A stretch of 64,000 nucleotides of DNA from a virus. Lineage: Duplodnaviria; Heunggongvirae; Uroviricota; Caudoviricetes. Shown here one piece after another: positions 56,801 through 64,000 of this stretch (position 1 is its first letter; each line of letters begins with the position of its first letter). The notes beneath the pieces are model-generated. The model was not told the origin of the DNA, ran no database searches, and saw only the letters and a program-made list of their open reading frames with translations. The stretch is from the IMG/VR virus record IMGVR_UViG_3300027710_000009; one strand, written 5' to 3'. The translations under genes and the position numbers were made by a program.

Positions 56801-57189
56801 ACTTCGCCTTTGGGACGAATGCTAGTGGCTGTGAGAGCATTGAGATCAATGTCAGCACGGATGGCATATACCTGACTGCCAATTCCCAAAGCACTGTATG
56901 CGGCTTGTAGACCATATTCGTTGCGCTCATCGCCGTGTAGTGGACTGCCACCCGAAGTACGGAATGTTGGATATCCTAATGCGTTGATTAGTTCGCGTTG
57001 ACTACCAAACGACTGAAGTCTGCCTGCGTTAGCTTTGGTAGTACCAGTAGCAGTGCCACCGGTAGCAGGACTAGTTTTGTCTTGTTGTGTAGCAAGTAGG
57101 AGCAGAGGAATGGTTCCTGTTCCGGCAGTAACATATTGACTTTCGTCTGTTACTGTAATGCTTACACCTGGTGAAGTTAAAGTTGCCAT
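53842..57189 (-). CDS. Tail sheath protein (gp18-like), enlarged
   Basis: SPGVSI..DES N-terminus; PWFAPAG.RRG, INPI, RVNV.RL, FEPND, VCD..NN. Confidence 0.95.
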   Translation of the reverse strand: MATLTSPGVSITVTDESQYVTAGTGTIPLLLLATQQDKTSPATGGTATGTTKANAGRLQSFGSQRELINALGYPTFRTSGGSPLHGDERNEYGLQAAYSALGIGSQVYAIRADIDLNALTATSIRPKGEVANNFLYLDLTATDFGLFQWSAATQAYSKITPTIITSVNDVQNDDLNTPKTSVGSIGSYAVVVRNANNPMFYKDHTNTWVPLGTSAWQETWPTVESTVVDYTTDKVNDGDYFSINGVQVTINATNSITAETVAEVVSSINNTAGLTGITADTDTATGLRLIIRADATAASGAGTVTIQEGSNNTAVTLGLLAAGVASKTYYAPMLKFGTYTQVPTFATGEATPAPSGSIWIKTGATGGGASWAVKKYNSSTSTFTTQSAPLYASRAAALAGIDALNGGASIVDSSVFIQYGSLDITTDGGANPYSPNAKTSYPATFRVFKRNGTGQTKVTGTTSPTFTIGRTFTLSVTQAGSPTVSDYTFTTNGTTADAFVALVLAKNIPNVFAQKETTGAVSLIHRSGGDIILTDTTGNQGVGNNQISEAGFSTTISGIERIESGSYFGSLVASKWTTLTDLTYSTETPYIAPEDGALWYYGNATEADVMICGTDGWKGYRTVTNDARGYNLTNTDPAGPLFATTQPTLQSDGTALVAGDLWIDTADLENFPVLYRYTGANWTLLDNTDKISQNGVIFADARWDASLDGATSVGGIVDPVAGDLPEVATMLLSNYIDLDCPDYRLYPRGTLLWNTRRNGMNVKQFVSAKFTATAYPEATDDGSNEIGTIPTYTSTWVNASGVQSDGTPYHGHKAQRQMVIKALRSAIDSNTDIREEQYNYNLIVCPGYPELIPNMVTLNKDRNETAFIIGDTPLDLTPVSTAVTQWSETSEVSGHVYLGTYYPHGLTNDINGNEIVVPASHMALRTFIYSDNISFPWFAPAGTRRGQIDNANAIGYVNYTTGQFVRTGITQSQRDMLYINRINPISLLPGAGITVYGNKTRSAVAQSTDRVNVSRLVNFIRTTLTGISNAYLFEPNDKGTRDQIKNAIDGAMNDLVAKRGIYDYLVVCDTTNNTSDRIARNELYVDIAIEPMKDVEFIYIPIRLKNPGDIAAGGR

Positions 57190-57291
57190 GTTCGTCTTTC
57201 CTTTATATGATGACGTTTTAGATATTTATTTGGTTTCGGCAAAAGACACCCATTACAGGTACCTTTATAAAGGTCACCGCATAAATACCAT

Positions 57292-57645
57292 ATGACAACA
57301 CGTAAATTGTGCCCAAAATGCAATCAACATCCGGTTGCAATCAACTACATACGCAACGAAAAAACCTATTATCGAGGTTTATGTGGGTATTGTAGTAAAA
57401 AGGGCAAGAAAGTCAAACACCAACCACCGCAATGGTATCGGTCTGGATATAGAAAAAAACCACAGTGCGAACGCTGTAGCTTCAAGGCTGAAATGCCCGG
57501 TGACCAGTTGTTAGTATATCACGTTGACGGTAACCTGCACAACAACGACCGTAGTAATCTAAAAACTATCTGCTTAAACTGTCGGCCAGCGGTTTATAAA
57601 TCGCGGCTTCCGTGGCGACCTGCTGAGGTTGTACAAGACTTCTAA
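57292..57645 (+). CDS. Zn-finger HNH-like protein
   Basis: Several CxxC pairs and HVDGNLHNN...NL..ICLNC. Confidence 0.75.
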   Translation: MTTRKLCPKCNQHPVAINYIRNEKTYYRGLCGYCSKKGKKVKHQPPQWYRSGYRKKPQCERCSFKAEMPGDQLLVYHVDGNLHNNDRSNLKTICLNCRPAVYKSRLPWRPAEVVQDF

Positions 57646-58240
57646 TCTGAGTGTACAAGGATTCGATAGTGCCATTGTTATCAATTATGGCATCAAAGTC
57701 TGTGCCTACCCAGGCTGTTTCACTTGCATGGATAGCATTGTCAGTTAGCCACTGTTGTGCTTTTGTATCACCTCGATTGGCCATACAAGCAATGTCATGC
57801 CAATGCGGCATGACGCCACGTTGTACCCATACTATACGGCCACCTTGTTCTTTGATTGCTTTGATTTCATTAGGAAAACGCACATCACTAATAACTGTAT
57901 GATCACTGCGCCGGGCAAGTCTTGATTGCAGTGCGGCAATCCAGATATCATCGTGGAAGTGGTTACGGCATACCTCTGTACCCCACCACTGCAAAATCCA
58001 CCGTGGCGTCAAGAGTGGCATTTGCAATCTTTCTGCCCACCAGGTGTCCACTTGCTCGCGCCAGGCACGAGCTTCAGGAGTACGTCCTTCAATTAGTTCT
58101 CGATCCCAACCAAACACCGCGCTTACTGCATCCTTGAGTGTGCCAGCAAAGCTGTCGCGTCTGAAGCCATGAAAGCCCACAAGATAGTCTGCCGCTGTGT
58201 CTTTGCCACTACCAATGAAACCGCAAATTCCTATGATCAT
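57566..58240 (-). CDS. Deoxynucleoside monophosphate kinase (T4 gp1-like)
   Basis: GFIGSGKDT, PR.ILQ..GTE..R, ISDVRFPNE, HASE. Confidence 0.92.
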   Translation of the reverse strand: MIIGICGFIGSGKDTAADYLVGFHGFRRDSFAGTLKDAVSAVFGWDRELIEGRTPEARAWREQVDTWWAERLQMPLLTPRWILQWWGTEVCRNHFHDDIWIAALQSRLARRSDHTVISDVRFPNEIKAIKEQGGRIVWVQRGVMPHWHDIACMANRGDTKAQQWLTDNAIHASETAWVGTDFDAIIDNNGTIESLYTQIRSLVQPQQVATEAAIYKPLADSLSR

Positions 58241-58291
58241 AAAAAAGCCCCTAGTATATAGAGGCTAGTTTACACAAATAAATGGCAAAAG

Positions 58292-58672
58292 TCAAACGCC
58301 GTATTTGTTCTTTTTCTTGGGTGCAACAGGACTTTGTTTATGAGTGTCTTGCATTTCTAAACTTTTCATGTTGCCTTTGTTCATGTCTTTGTAGTTGGCC
58401 CCTACCAGTTTGTAGCTTTGTTTCAGCATGTCTGCTTCTTCTTGTGTGTAAGGATGTGCTGTGTGTTTCTTGCCGTAGAAAGTTTTAGGATCCATGTCAG
58501 CAAGATTGCCTTTGCCATCTGCACAAGCCAAGGCCAATCCTAATCTAAAATGTGTGTAATCTGTGTTTGCTCGTTCTGCATCGCTAAAGGTATGCAGTCC
58601 CGGGTTCGACTCCTTGTAATTTTTAGGAATGTCTCCGGCTTTCACTTCCGTGATAATTTCATTAATTTTCAT
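58292..58672 (-). CDS. Hypothetical protein (possible internal head protein)
   Basis: MKINEIITE N-terminus. Confidence 0.7.
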   Translation of the reverse strand: MKINEIITEVKAGDIPKNYKESNPGLHTFSDAERANTDYTHFRLGLALACADGKGNLADMDPKTFYGKKHTAHPYTQEEADMLKQSYKLVGANYKDMNKGNMKSLEMQDTHKQSPVAPKKKNKYGV

Positions 58673-59689
58673 TTAGCAATTCCATTTACGTAATGCCAAT
58701 GCTTTGCGAGTTGGCTTGCCATTGGGCTTTTTCATAGGCCCTTTGACTCCGCCCATTCTAGCACAAAATGATTTGCGGCGCTTGGCTGCTTTAGAGCCTG
58801 GCTTCAACTTGCTGGGTTTAGTAGTCACTGCCATTTGTAGTTTGCTACCTGGATTTTCTCTACGATAGCTAGCAACACCTTTTGCGTTGAGTCCACCTTT
58901 TTTGCTTTTGCCAGCACTGCGTCTCCAGGCTGCTGTTTCAAACAAAGCACGATCGTCCATGGCTTCAAATGTTTCCCATACTGCATCAGCACTGGTCTGT
59001 GTGTTGGTTGCAATTTCTTCAGCAAACAATTCCATTGCTTCGTACATTTCTGCAATCTCTGGATCTTCATTACCTTCTTCAGACTTCATGTAGTCCCATA
59101 CTGTAACCAGCATTGACTTTGCCACAGCAATCTTTTCTTGACACCATTCAGGCAAGTTATCGCCAGCTTGAATTAAATCATCAATGCCGTCGACTGCACG
59201 TTCTAGTGTTTCAAGGTTATTGTCTGCCATGCCTGCTTCGTCGTCATACTCAGGATTGAACTGATCGTGTTCACCTAAGGCTCCTTTAATGTTACCCTTG
59301 GCTAGTTTGGCAATAGGACCACCGATGTCTTTTTTGATTTTTTGAACTATGTTTGTTGGTTGGCCAGCACGTGCGGCCAAACGCTGTTCAGCATCATCAG
59401 CACGATTTTGTATTTGCATTGATCGAACTTTGGCATCCATTTCTAGTTCTTGTGGGTGCGGAGCGGCCTCGTCAACGTTCTTTGGCTTCTTGCCTGCCTT
59501 CTTCATGCTGATAGCAATAGCCGCTTGCTGTGCAGGGTTGGCAGCTTCTTCCACTGACTCAGCAGGTACGCAGTTGTTTACACGTACTCCACCCTTCATT
59601 TTGGTTTTAGGGTTGCCAATTTTTTTACCTGTCCAACACTTGGGATCCAAACGGACTTTTTCTTCTACAACAATTTCAGTTACTTTCAT
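58673..59689 (-). CDS. Modular hypothetical protein (possible internal head protein)
   Basis: CW.G......K.KGG..V.NCV and GGLN.KG...RRKSFCARM...LRKW.C modules. Confidence 0.7.
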   Translation of the reverse strand: MKVTEIVVEEKVRLDPKCWTGKKIGNPKTKMKGGVRVNNCVPAESVEEAANPAQQAAIAISMKKAGKKPKNVDEAAPHPQELEMDAKVRSMQIQNRADDAEQRLAARAGQPTNIVQKIKKDIGGPIAKLAKGNIKGALGEHDQFNPEYDDEAGMADNNLETLERAVDGIDDLIQAGDNLPEWCQEKIAVAKSMLVTVWDYMKSEEGNEDPEIAEMYEAMELFAEEIATNTQTSADAVWETFEAMDDRALFETAAWRRSAGKSKKGGLNAKGVASYRRENPGSKLQMAVTTKPSKLKPGSKAAKRRKSFCARMGGVKGPMKKPNGKPTRKALALRKWNC

Positions 59690-59699
59690 TTTTGTTCCT

Positions 59700-60833
59700 T
59701 TATCCTGTTACCCAGGTATATGGTTCACTGCCGTCGATAAAACGCTTGAGCTCTTCTTCCAGCGCATCCATTTCGGCTTTGGCTTCTGATTTGAGTGCCG
59801 CACCATTCAATTGCGTTCCGCCCTGTGGACCAGCAATGGTAGCAAACTTTTCACGTGCTTGACCCAACATGTCTTTGGCCGCAGCCAAGGCATAGTCTTG
59901 TATCCAAGGCAACACTCGGTAGTCGTTGAATATCATGCTGTCAGGTTTTTTGTTATATATCCAAAGCAGTACTGTTTCTGATGGATCTTCATTGGCTGGT
60001 GCATAGATGTTGGTCACATTGAGATCAAATCCAGTCACTGCTGTAGTATTCAATATTTCTTTGCTTTCAACTGTGAACAAGGTATTGTTGTTGCTGGCTG
60101 TTAGTACTTCATAGGTATTGTTATAGCCGTTCTTGGGGCAATTGATAATGGCAATGGTACTGCCCACAGTTGCAATATCCCAAGGGTCGTACAGTTCAAA
60201 TGTGATAGTGCTACCAACTGCGGTGCCACTGGCGCTGAGTGTCTTCATGCGCTTGTAGGTATGACCAGTGTTTGGCATCTTGCGGACAATGGTCAGTTTT
60301 CTAGTGACTGGGTTGAATGTAAAATTCATATAGCCACCAAACATACGCATGGCCAGCTCTTGATACTGCGAGAACAATTCGTAGTTGACCAAGCCGCCCA
60401 CGCGACCTGCTACCAACATATAGGTATTTAGATAGCCTGATGCAAACGGTTCAAATTGACTGGCAGTTGTGCCAGTGACACTGCCAATGCCACGACGAAA
60501 CACTTGCCGTACCATTTGTATTTCTGCTGGCAGTATGTATTCTTGTGTTTCTGGCAGTAGCTCAAGAAACGCATAGCTTTCTTCTTGGCTGTTTTGTGCT
60601 CGTTGACGATACCGGCTTAGTGCCTTGTCAATGGCCACTTTGTAGTGTGCAGGATCTAGTTCAACATCAACCATGCCGTCACCCAGACGGAAACGGATAT
60701 AGTCTTCAATTTCTTTGCGCTTTAGCGCATTTGAATCAACGGTGGTTTCATCGTAGGCAATTGGACCCGGCCCGCCTAGGCTGTCCGTTAATAGTGCTTG
60801 TCTACCATTTAACCCTGTTTTGAGTGTGGCCAT
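59700..60833 (-). CDS. Neck protein (T4 gp13-like)
   Basis: YI..RLG..MVDVEL, WIQDYALA..K..LG..R.KF..I.GP.GG..LNG. Confidence 0.85.
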   Translation of the reverse strand: MATLKTGLNGRQALLTDSLGGPGPIAYDETTVDSNALKRKEIEDYIRFRLGDGMVDVELDPAHYKVAIDKALSRYRQRAQNSQEESYAFLELLPETQEYILPAEIQMVRQVFRRGIGSVTGTTASQFEPFASGYLNTYMLVAGRVGGLVNYELFSQYQELAMRMFGGYMNFTFNPVTRKLTIVRKMPNTGHTYKRMKTLSASGTAVGSTITFELYDPWDIATVGSTIAIINCPKNGYNNTYEVLTASNNNTLFTVESKEILNTTAVTGFDLNVTNIYAPANEDPSETVLLWIYNKKPDSMIFNDYRVLPWIQDYALAAAKDMLGQAREKFATIAGPQGGTQLNGAALKSEAKAEMDALEEELKRFIDGSEPYTWVTG

Positions 60834-60885
60834 AAAAAATCCCTGTATGCTGTATTTAGCACACAGGGATTTGGAACAGTCCTTG

Positions 60886-62109
60886 TTACTGTACTCGAAG
60901 CAACATCACGTCTGCATTTATGCGTCCGTTTAGTTTGGTTTCTGTGGCTTTGATACTGTTAAGGAAAGTGCGCAATGCCACTTTGCCGGCTTTCATAAAA
61001 TCAGCCAATTGCTGATCTGGTTTGCGCAGGGTCTTGCTTGCGCTTTTGGCAGTGTAGTTGTCAATACTGGTACCTTTGATAGCCAGCCCAGAACTTGACA
61101 TTGCCATGTACTGTCCTAGCTTGCGAGTTTTTGTATTGTAAACCCACAGCTCTTGAGCACCAATGATATCCACAGGATTAACACTGACCAATTTCAATGT
61201 GTTATCTTGCTTGAGATACTTGAGCTTGGCCACCAGTTTTTCTTTGCTAGGGCTCTTTTTAACTCTAGCTTTCTTTGTGGCTTTTTTCACACCACGATAC
61301 TGCTCAACTGCTTTTTGCAGTTCATCCAACCAGGCGTAGATACGCTTGTAGTCAGCGGCTTTGAAATGTTTGTAACCTTCAACCAATTGCTCATCTTCTC
61401 GGGCCTGTGCGGCTTCTAACTCTGCACGGGTAGAGTCAAACGCTGATTCAAGTTTGCCCAACTGGGCTTGCGCAACATTTTGTGCAACAAGGAAGTCATA
61501 GGGCTTGAACGTGCTCTTGGTGTTGGTCACAACATCATCAAAGTGACCTTCAAGTTCACCAATGGTAGCGGACAACTTTTCATTCAAACGGTCTTGAATG
61601 GTTGGTACGTATACTTTGGGCGTGTCTTCTTTTACTGCCAGGTCATCTTCTTCTTCGTTGTATTCGGTGTATTTTTCAACGACGTCACGAACTGCTGTTT
61701 CAAGATATTGCAATGCACGAGGCTTGAGTGGCATGCCTTTGCCATGTGCGGCAATGATACTACATGCAGTGATTGGTACCCAACGGCTTTTGATCACCTT
61801 GCTGAGATCAGATTTAGTGACCACAAAGTGTTTTTGCTCTTGGAGCCATGTGATAAAATCAGGCTTCAAGTCTTTAACACTGAAGTGATAATTGTAGTAG
61901 TAAAAACTACGGCGCAGGTGGTGATCAAAATCTGCATCACTCATTGCAAGTGCTCGTTCAGTGTCCCACTGAGGTTCACCACCTGTGTACTTTTCGTCTG
62001 CTAAGTGAGCTCTGCGTACACTTACTTTTTTCTTTGCAATTTTAACGCCCGCCACTGTTTTGCCAGTGTTGGCTTTTTTAACGGGTGCTTTTTTAGTGGC
62101 CGTTGCCAT
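60886..62109 (-). CDS. Hypothetical protein
   Basis: 407 aa, AAGGAG SD, sigma70 promoter upstream. Confidence 0.75.
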   Translation of the reverse strand: MATATKKAPVKKANTGKTVAGVKIAKKKVSVRRAHLADEKYTGGEPQWDTERALAMSDADFDHHLRRSFYYYNYHFSVKDLKPDFITWLQEQKHFVVTKSDLSKVIKSRWVPITACSIIAAHGKGMPLKPRALQYLETAVRDVVEKYTEYNEEEDDLAVKEDTPKVYVPTIQDRLNEKLSATIGELEGHFDDVVTNTKSTFKPYDFLVAQNVAQAQLGKLESAFDSTRAELEAAQAREDEQLVEGYKHFKAADYKRIYAWLDELQKAVEQYRGVKKATKKARVKKSPSKEKLVAKLKYLKQDNTLKLVSVNPVDIIGAQELWVYNTKTRKLGQYMAMSSSGLAIKGTSIDNYTAKSASKTLRKPDQQLADFMKAGKVALRTFLNSIKATETKLNGRINADVMLLRVQ

Positions 62110-62140
62110 TTTTGCTCCTTGGAAAATTGATTACCTAGTA

Positions 62141-62169
62141 ATTATACAATAAAACGGAAAAAAGGTCAA
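62141..62169 (-). promoter_or_regulatory. sigma70 promoter
   Basis: TTGACC-17nt-TATAAT. Confidence 0.75.
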
Positions 62170-62435
62170 CCATGTTGCAAATGAGCTAACATTAGCCATT
62201 TTTCGTACTCTATAATACTTTCGTTTATACGGGCCAGCAACTCTTGTTGTCGTGGACTTGATTCTTTTCGGTTGCGCCGGAGCTCAACTTCTTCACTGCC
62301 CAATTTGTGTACCAGGCTTTCAATGCCACCTATCATACGGGCTAGATCTTTGCGGCAATTGGTTGGTGCGGAGTGCATCTGGGCACGAAGTTCCGTACTA
62401 ATTGGGTTCCAATCCAGGGCTGTTTTTACACGCAT
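62166..62435 (-). CDS. Hypothetical protein (start MRVKT)
   Basis: TTGACA-17nt-TACAAT-6nt-ATG, promoter at 62442..62470. Confidence 0.65.
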   Translation of the reverse strand: MRVKTALDWNPISTELRAQMHSAPTNCRKDLARMIGGIESLVHKLGSEEVELRRNRKESSPRQQELLARINESIIEYEKWLMLAHLQHG

Positions 62436-62500
62436 AGCAGTATTGTAGCACCGTTTGGACATAGTGTCAATCCTGATAAATATCACAATAAGGATCCAAA

Positions 62501-63697
62501 ATGCCTCGTTTGAGCTTATGGCGTGAAAATCACGGCGCCGATTACAAGTTTATAGATCGCCGCATAAGCGAAATGTTTACCATTGGCGGAACTGGTGTGT
62601 TGATCCACAAATATCTGGGCACCACAAACGACAGCACCGAAGCAGATGCAACTCGTCCTGCCTATGCCAATCAAAGCGAACTAAACATTCAAGATTTATT
62701 GTTTTTGGAAAACCGCGATAGAAAGTACGAACCAGATGTGTACAGCATGCGCGGTATATATCAATTGACTGACAGCGATTTTGATCTAAAACAATTTGGT
62801 ATTTTTCTTGCTACTGGCACAACTTTCATGACGTTTCACATCAACGACATGATACAACTGCTAGGTCGTAGACTCATGGCAGGTGATGTACTTGAACTCA
62901 TGCACCTCAAAGACTATGATAGTCTGGACACGTCAGTTCCTTACGCACTCAAAAGATTCTACGTTATTGCTGAAGCCACTAGAGCCGCAGAAGGATTCTC
63001 ACCAACTTGGTGGCCGCACCTGTGGCGTTGCAAACTACAACCGCTAGTGGACTCGCAAGAATACAAAGACATCTTGGACAAACTTTCTGCCAGCTCTGAT
63101 CCATTTGCTGGTAACATAAATGCAAACACCAATCCAAGCATTGGTTCAGTACTCAGTACCTACAGCAAGTACATGAGCATCAATGAAGCTATCATTGAAC
63201 AAGCTGAAATAGAATTACCCAAGAGTGGATACGATACCAGCAAATATTACACAGTTCCAGCCGAAGGCAAAGAGCTTGGAGACCCCGATGGTGTTAATGT
63301 TGCTGATCCAAATGTAAATGTTGCTACAGATTCGTTGACCGCAGACAGTGGAATAACATCACCGGCTGGCAAGATCCAAGGCTATTTGGCCGGAGATGGT
63401 TTGGCACCAAATGGACTGGATGTAAGCATGGGTGTGGCATTTCCTAGCTCATCACTCAAAGGCGATTATTTCTTGCGTTTGGATTTTGTGCCCAATAGGC
63501 TGTTCCGATATGATGGCAAACGCTGGGTCAAGATTGAAGATGCAGTTCGCACCAATCTTACCCCTGGCGCAGTAGACAACAAAACGGCACGAAATCTTTA
63601 TGTTAATAACACCAACACCTACACTGATTTGCAAGGCAACGTGCATCCACAAAGACAAAGCCTTAGCAAGGCACTTACCCCTGAGGCAGATAATTAA
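62501..63697 (+). CDS. Neck protein (T4 gp14-like)
   Basis: DLLFLENRDRKY, L.QFG, GDVLEL; lies between gp13-like and gp15-like genes. Confidence 0.7.
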   Translation: MPRLSLWRENHGADYKFIDRRISEMFTIGGTGVLIHKYLGTTNDSTEADATRPAYANQSELNIQDLLFLENRDRKYEPDVYSMRGIYQLTDSDFDLKQFGIFLATGTTFMTFHINDMIQLLGRRLMAGDVLELMHLKDYDSLDTSVPYALKRFYVIAEATRAAEGFSPTWWPHLWRCKLQPLVDSQEYKDILDKLSASSDPFAGNINANTNPSIGSVLSTYSKYMSINEAIIEQAEIELPKSGYDTSKYYTVPAEGKELGDPDGVNVADPNVNVATDSLTADSGITSPAGKIQGYLAGDGLAPNGLDVSMGVAFPSSSLKGDYFLRLDFVPNRLFRYDGKRWVKIEDAVRTNLTPGAVDNKTARNLYVNNTNTYTDLQGNVHPQRQSLSKALTPEADN

Positions 63698-64000
63698 TGG
63701 CTGTGCAATTTTTCTACGATAATCAAATCAGACGTTTTCTACTACAGTTCACACGTTTGGTCAGTAACTTCCAGGTGCAGTTTTCAACCACTGATGCCGC
63801 TACAGGCAAACTGGCGTTACAAACTGTACCAGTGTTCTATGGTGACGGTAGTCGTCAAGCATCTGCAATACTTCGCAACAACAGTGAGAATGCACTCAGC
63901 GCAGTTCCTGCCATGGCATTTTATATTGCCAATCTACAGTATGATCGTCAACGCATACAGGATCCAAGTTTTATTGGAACAATGAACATACGAGAAAGAC
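63697..64000 (+). CDS. Tail sheath stabilizer (T4 gp15-like), partial
   Basis: Manual translation MAVQFFYDNQIRRFLLQF...VPVFYG...P.MAF....L.YD..R. Confidence 0.75.
   Translation, partial: MAVQFFYDNQIRRFLLQFTRLVSNFQVQFSTTDAATGKLALQTVPVFYGDGSRQASAILRNNSENALSAVPAMAFYIANLQYDRQRIQDPSFIGTMNIRER

Noticed and set aside
63794-63985. 63-aa ORF in the track
   Set aside because: Out-of-frame shadow of the gp15-like gene starting at 63697.

Overview
The window is a segment of a large T4-like myovirus genome, mostly on the - strand; a proteobacterial host is inferred from sigma70 promoters, an omega subunit and a parvulin. 1-6.4 kb: accessory enzymes (two tandem AMP-binding paralogs, radical SAM, NeuD-like acetyltransferase, parvulin, phosphatases). 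6.5-25.6 kb: tail-fibre/adhesin-like genes. 25.6-29 kb: a malonyl-CoA decarboxylase-like gene, an Asn-synthase-like gene and split HldE genes. 29-35.9 kb: an RNA island with 32 tRNA or tRNA-like genes (33 with a lone Ser at 26.2 kb; all 20 amino acids covered), a GOLLD-like giant ncRNA, other structured RNAs, rpoZ, boxA and tandem sigma70 promoters. 36-64 kb: UvsY/UvsX/gp32, terminase, tail tube and sheath, neck genes. The two strongest new observations: (1) a leader-peptide attenuator upstream of the tRNA array whose 46-codon leader uses all 20 amino acids and 40 different codons; (2) a family of stem-bracketed cargo RNAs with a mismatch at the same position in four copies. All calls come from reading the sequence by eye; no database search or folding program was run.
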